Part shown: one piece after another, positions 55,665 to 56,111 of the stretch
How positions within the stretch are numbered: the stretch's first letter is position 1
How the letters are laid out: every line of letters begins with the position of its first letter
Assembly (NCBI GenBank): GCA_035559335.1
Contig: DATMBH010000332.1
Span: 1-56,111 of the forward strand
Origin: Gemmatimonadales bacterium
GTDB taxonomy: Bacteria; Gemmatimonadota; Gemmatimonadetes; Gemmatimonadales; JACORV01
Length of the DNA stretch: 56,111 nt
Reading direction: 5' to 3'
Made by a program: the position numbers and the translations under genes
Notes under the pieces: model-generated
Seen by the model: only the letters and a program-made list of their open reading frames with translations
Databases searched by the model: none
Told to the model about the DNA's origin: nothing

Positions 55665-56111
55665 GCCGCCCCAGCGTCCTCGTCATTGACGATGAGTCGG
55701 CGATCCTGGACACGGTCCGGATCCTGCTTCGCTCCGAAGGCTTCGATGTGGAGATCGCGCAGGGAGGCAGGGCCGGCCTCGATGCGCTATCGAGGATGCG
55801 GCCGCAGATCGTCCTCTCCGATATCCGGATGCCTGGTGTCGGGGGGATCGAGATTCTGAAGGCGGCGCGCGAACAGGATGCCGACACGCCGGTGATTTTG
55901 ATGACCGCACAGGCTGAACTGCGGACGGCGATCGAGGCCGTTAACCAGGGCGCGTTCCACTACATCCAGAAGCCGTTCTCCAACGACGAACTGGTCGCGA
56001 TCGTCAGGCGCGCGGCGGAAACCCGCCAACTGAAGATCGAGAACCGGTCGCTGAGGCAGGAGATCCGGCGCCGCGACCGGTCGGCGTTCGTCAAGCCGCT
56101 GGGCAGCAGCA
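55661..56111 (+). CDS. pilR: NtrC/PilR-family sigma-54-dependent response regulator, receiver domain (3' end outside window)
   Basis: Hand translation from TTG 55661 (AGGAGGGA RBS, TTGA overlap with the kinase stop) gives SRPSVLVIDDESAILDTVRILLRSEGFDVEIAQGG...IVLSDIRMPGVGGIEILK...PVILMTAQAEL...GAFHYIQKPF, then the linker RQLKIENRSLRQE. Open to the window edge. Confidence 0.85.
   Translation, partial: MSRPSVLVIDDESAILDTVRILLRSEGFDVEIAQGGRAGLDALSRMRPQIVLSDIRMPGVGGIEILKAAREQDADTPVILMTAQAELRTAIEAVNQGAFHYIQKPFSNDELVAIVRRAAETRQLKIENRSLRQEIRRRDRSAFVKPLGSS

Noticed and set aside
1-56111. A mobile element, genomic island, defence system, or tRNA/rRNA genes.
   Set aside because: I recognised no integrase, transposase, recombinase, nuclease/helicase defence-type or toxin-antitoxin ORFs. 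Composition is uniform apart from short AT-richer promoter regions. No intergenic gap is long or structured enough to contain a tRNA cloverleaf.

Overview
This is a high-GC (roughly two-thirds G+C by eye), densely coding 56.1-kb chromosomal window with about 50 protein genes. I found no rRNA, tRNA, CRISPR array, integrase, transposase or prophage signal. The gene content suggests a Gemmatimonadota-like bacterium; that assignment is inference only. It rests on ~1,060-1,085-aa TonB-type barrels with an N-terminal carboxypeptidase-regulatory domain, a GWxTD protein, SprA, a PorV-like protein and type IV pilus genes.

Layout, left to right:
- 1-9.3 kb: housekeeping genes. These are the tail of an ADP-forming acetyl-CoA synthetase, a cNMP-binding protein, a CDP-alcohol phosphatidyltransferase, OsmC, a PLD/cardiolipin-synthase-like protein, a DsbA-VKOR pair, AMP-forming Acs, a cold-shock protein and a STAS protein.
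- 9.4-11.6 kb: ccmABC plus an untracked 31-codon ccmD-like ORF.
- 11.7-12.3 kb: an aquaporin.
- 12.5-17.4 kb: a tightly overlapping six-gene minus-strand operon (KAS II-like, SRPBCC, methyltransferase, flavin reductase, geranylgeranyl-reductase-like flavoprotein, DUF92). I cannot assign it to a known pathway.
- 17.4-19.7 kb: V4R protein, M24 peptidase and a coiled-coil protein.
- 19.8-31.6 kb: an outer-membrane island (TonB-type barrel, 1282-aa orphan protein with a T9SS-type C-terminal sorting domain, PorV-like protein, GWxTD protein, Big2/PPC lipoprotein).
- 31.6-34.3 kb: ctaA-ctaB-DUF420-receiver operon.
- 34.4-39.1 kb: an APC permease and a second Oar-like TonB barrel.
- 39.1-41.8 kb: two LptF/G-family permeases.
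- 41.8-48.8 kb: a 2030-aa SprA-like T9SS translocon, translationally coupled to an M28/glutaminyl-cyclase-like lipoprotein.
- 48.9-56.1 kb: comEA-pilB-pilT-pilC-pilS-pilR.

The most interesting signals are:
- the T9SS-like modules outside Bacteroidota;
- a striking Gln at position +1 after nearly every predicted signal-peptidase-I site, next to a candidate glutaminyl cyclase;
- the orphan lipid/polyketide-type operon;
- a set of low-complexity imperfect palindromes in intergenic regions.

All protein family calls come from motif reading by eye, not from database searches.
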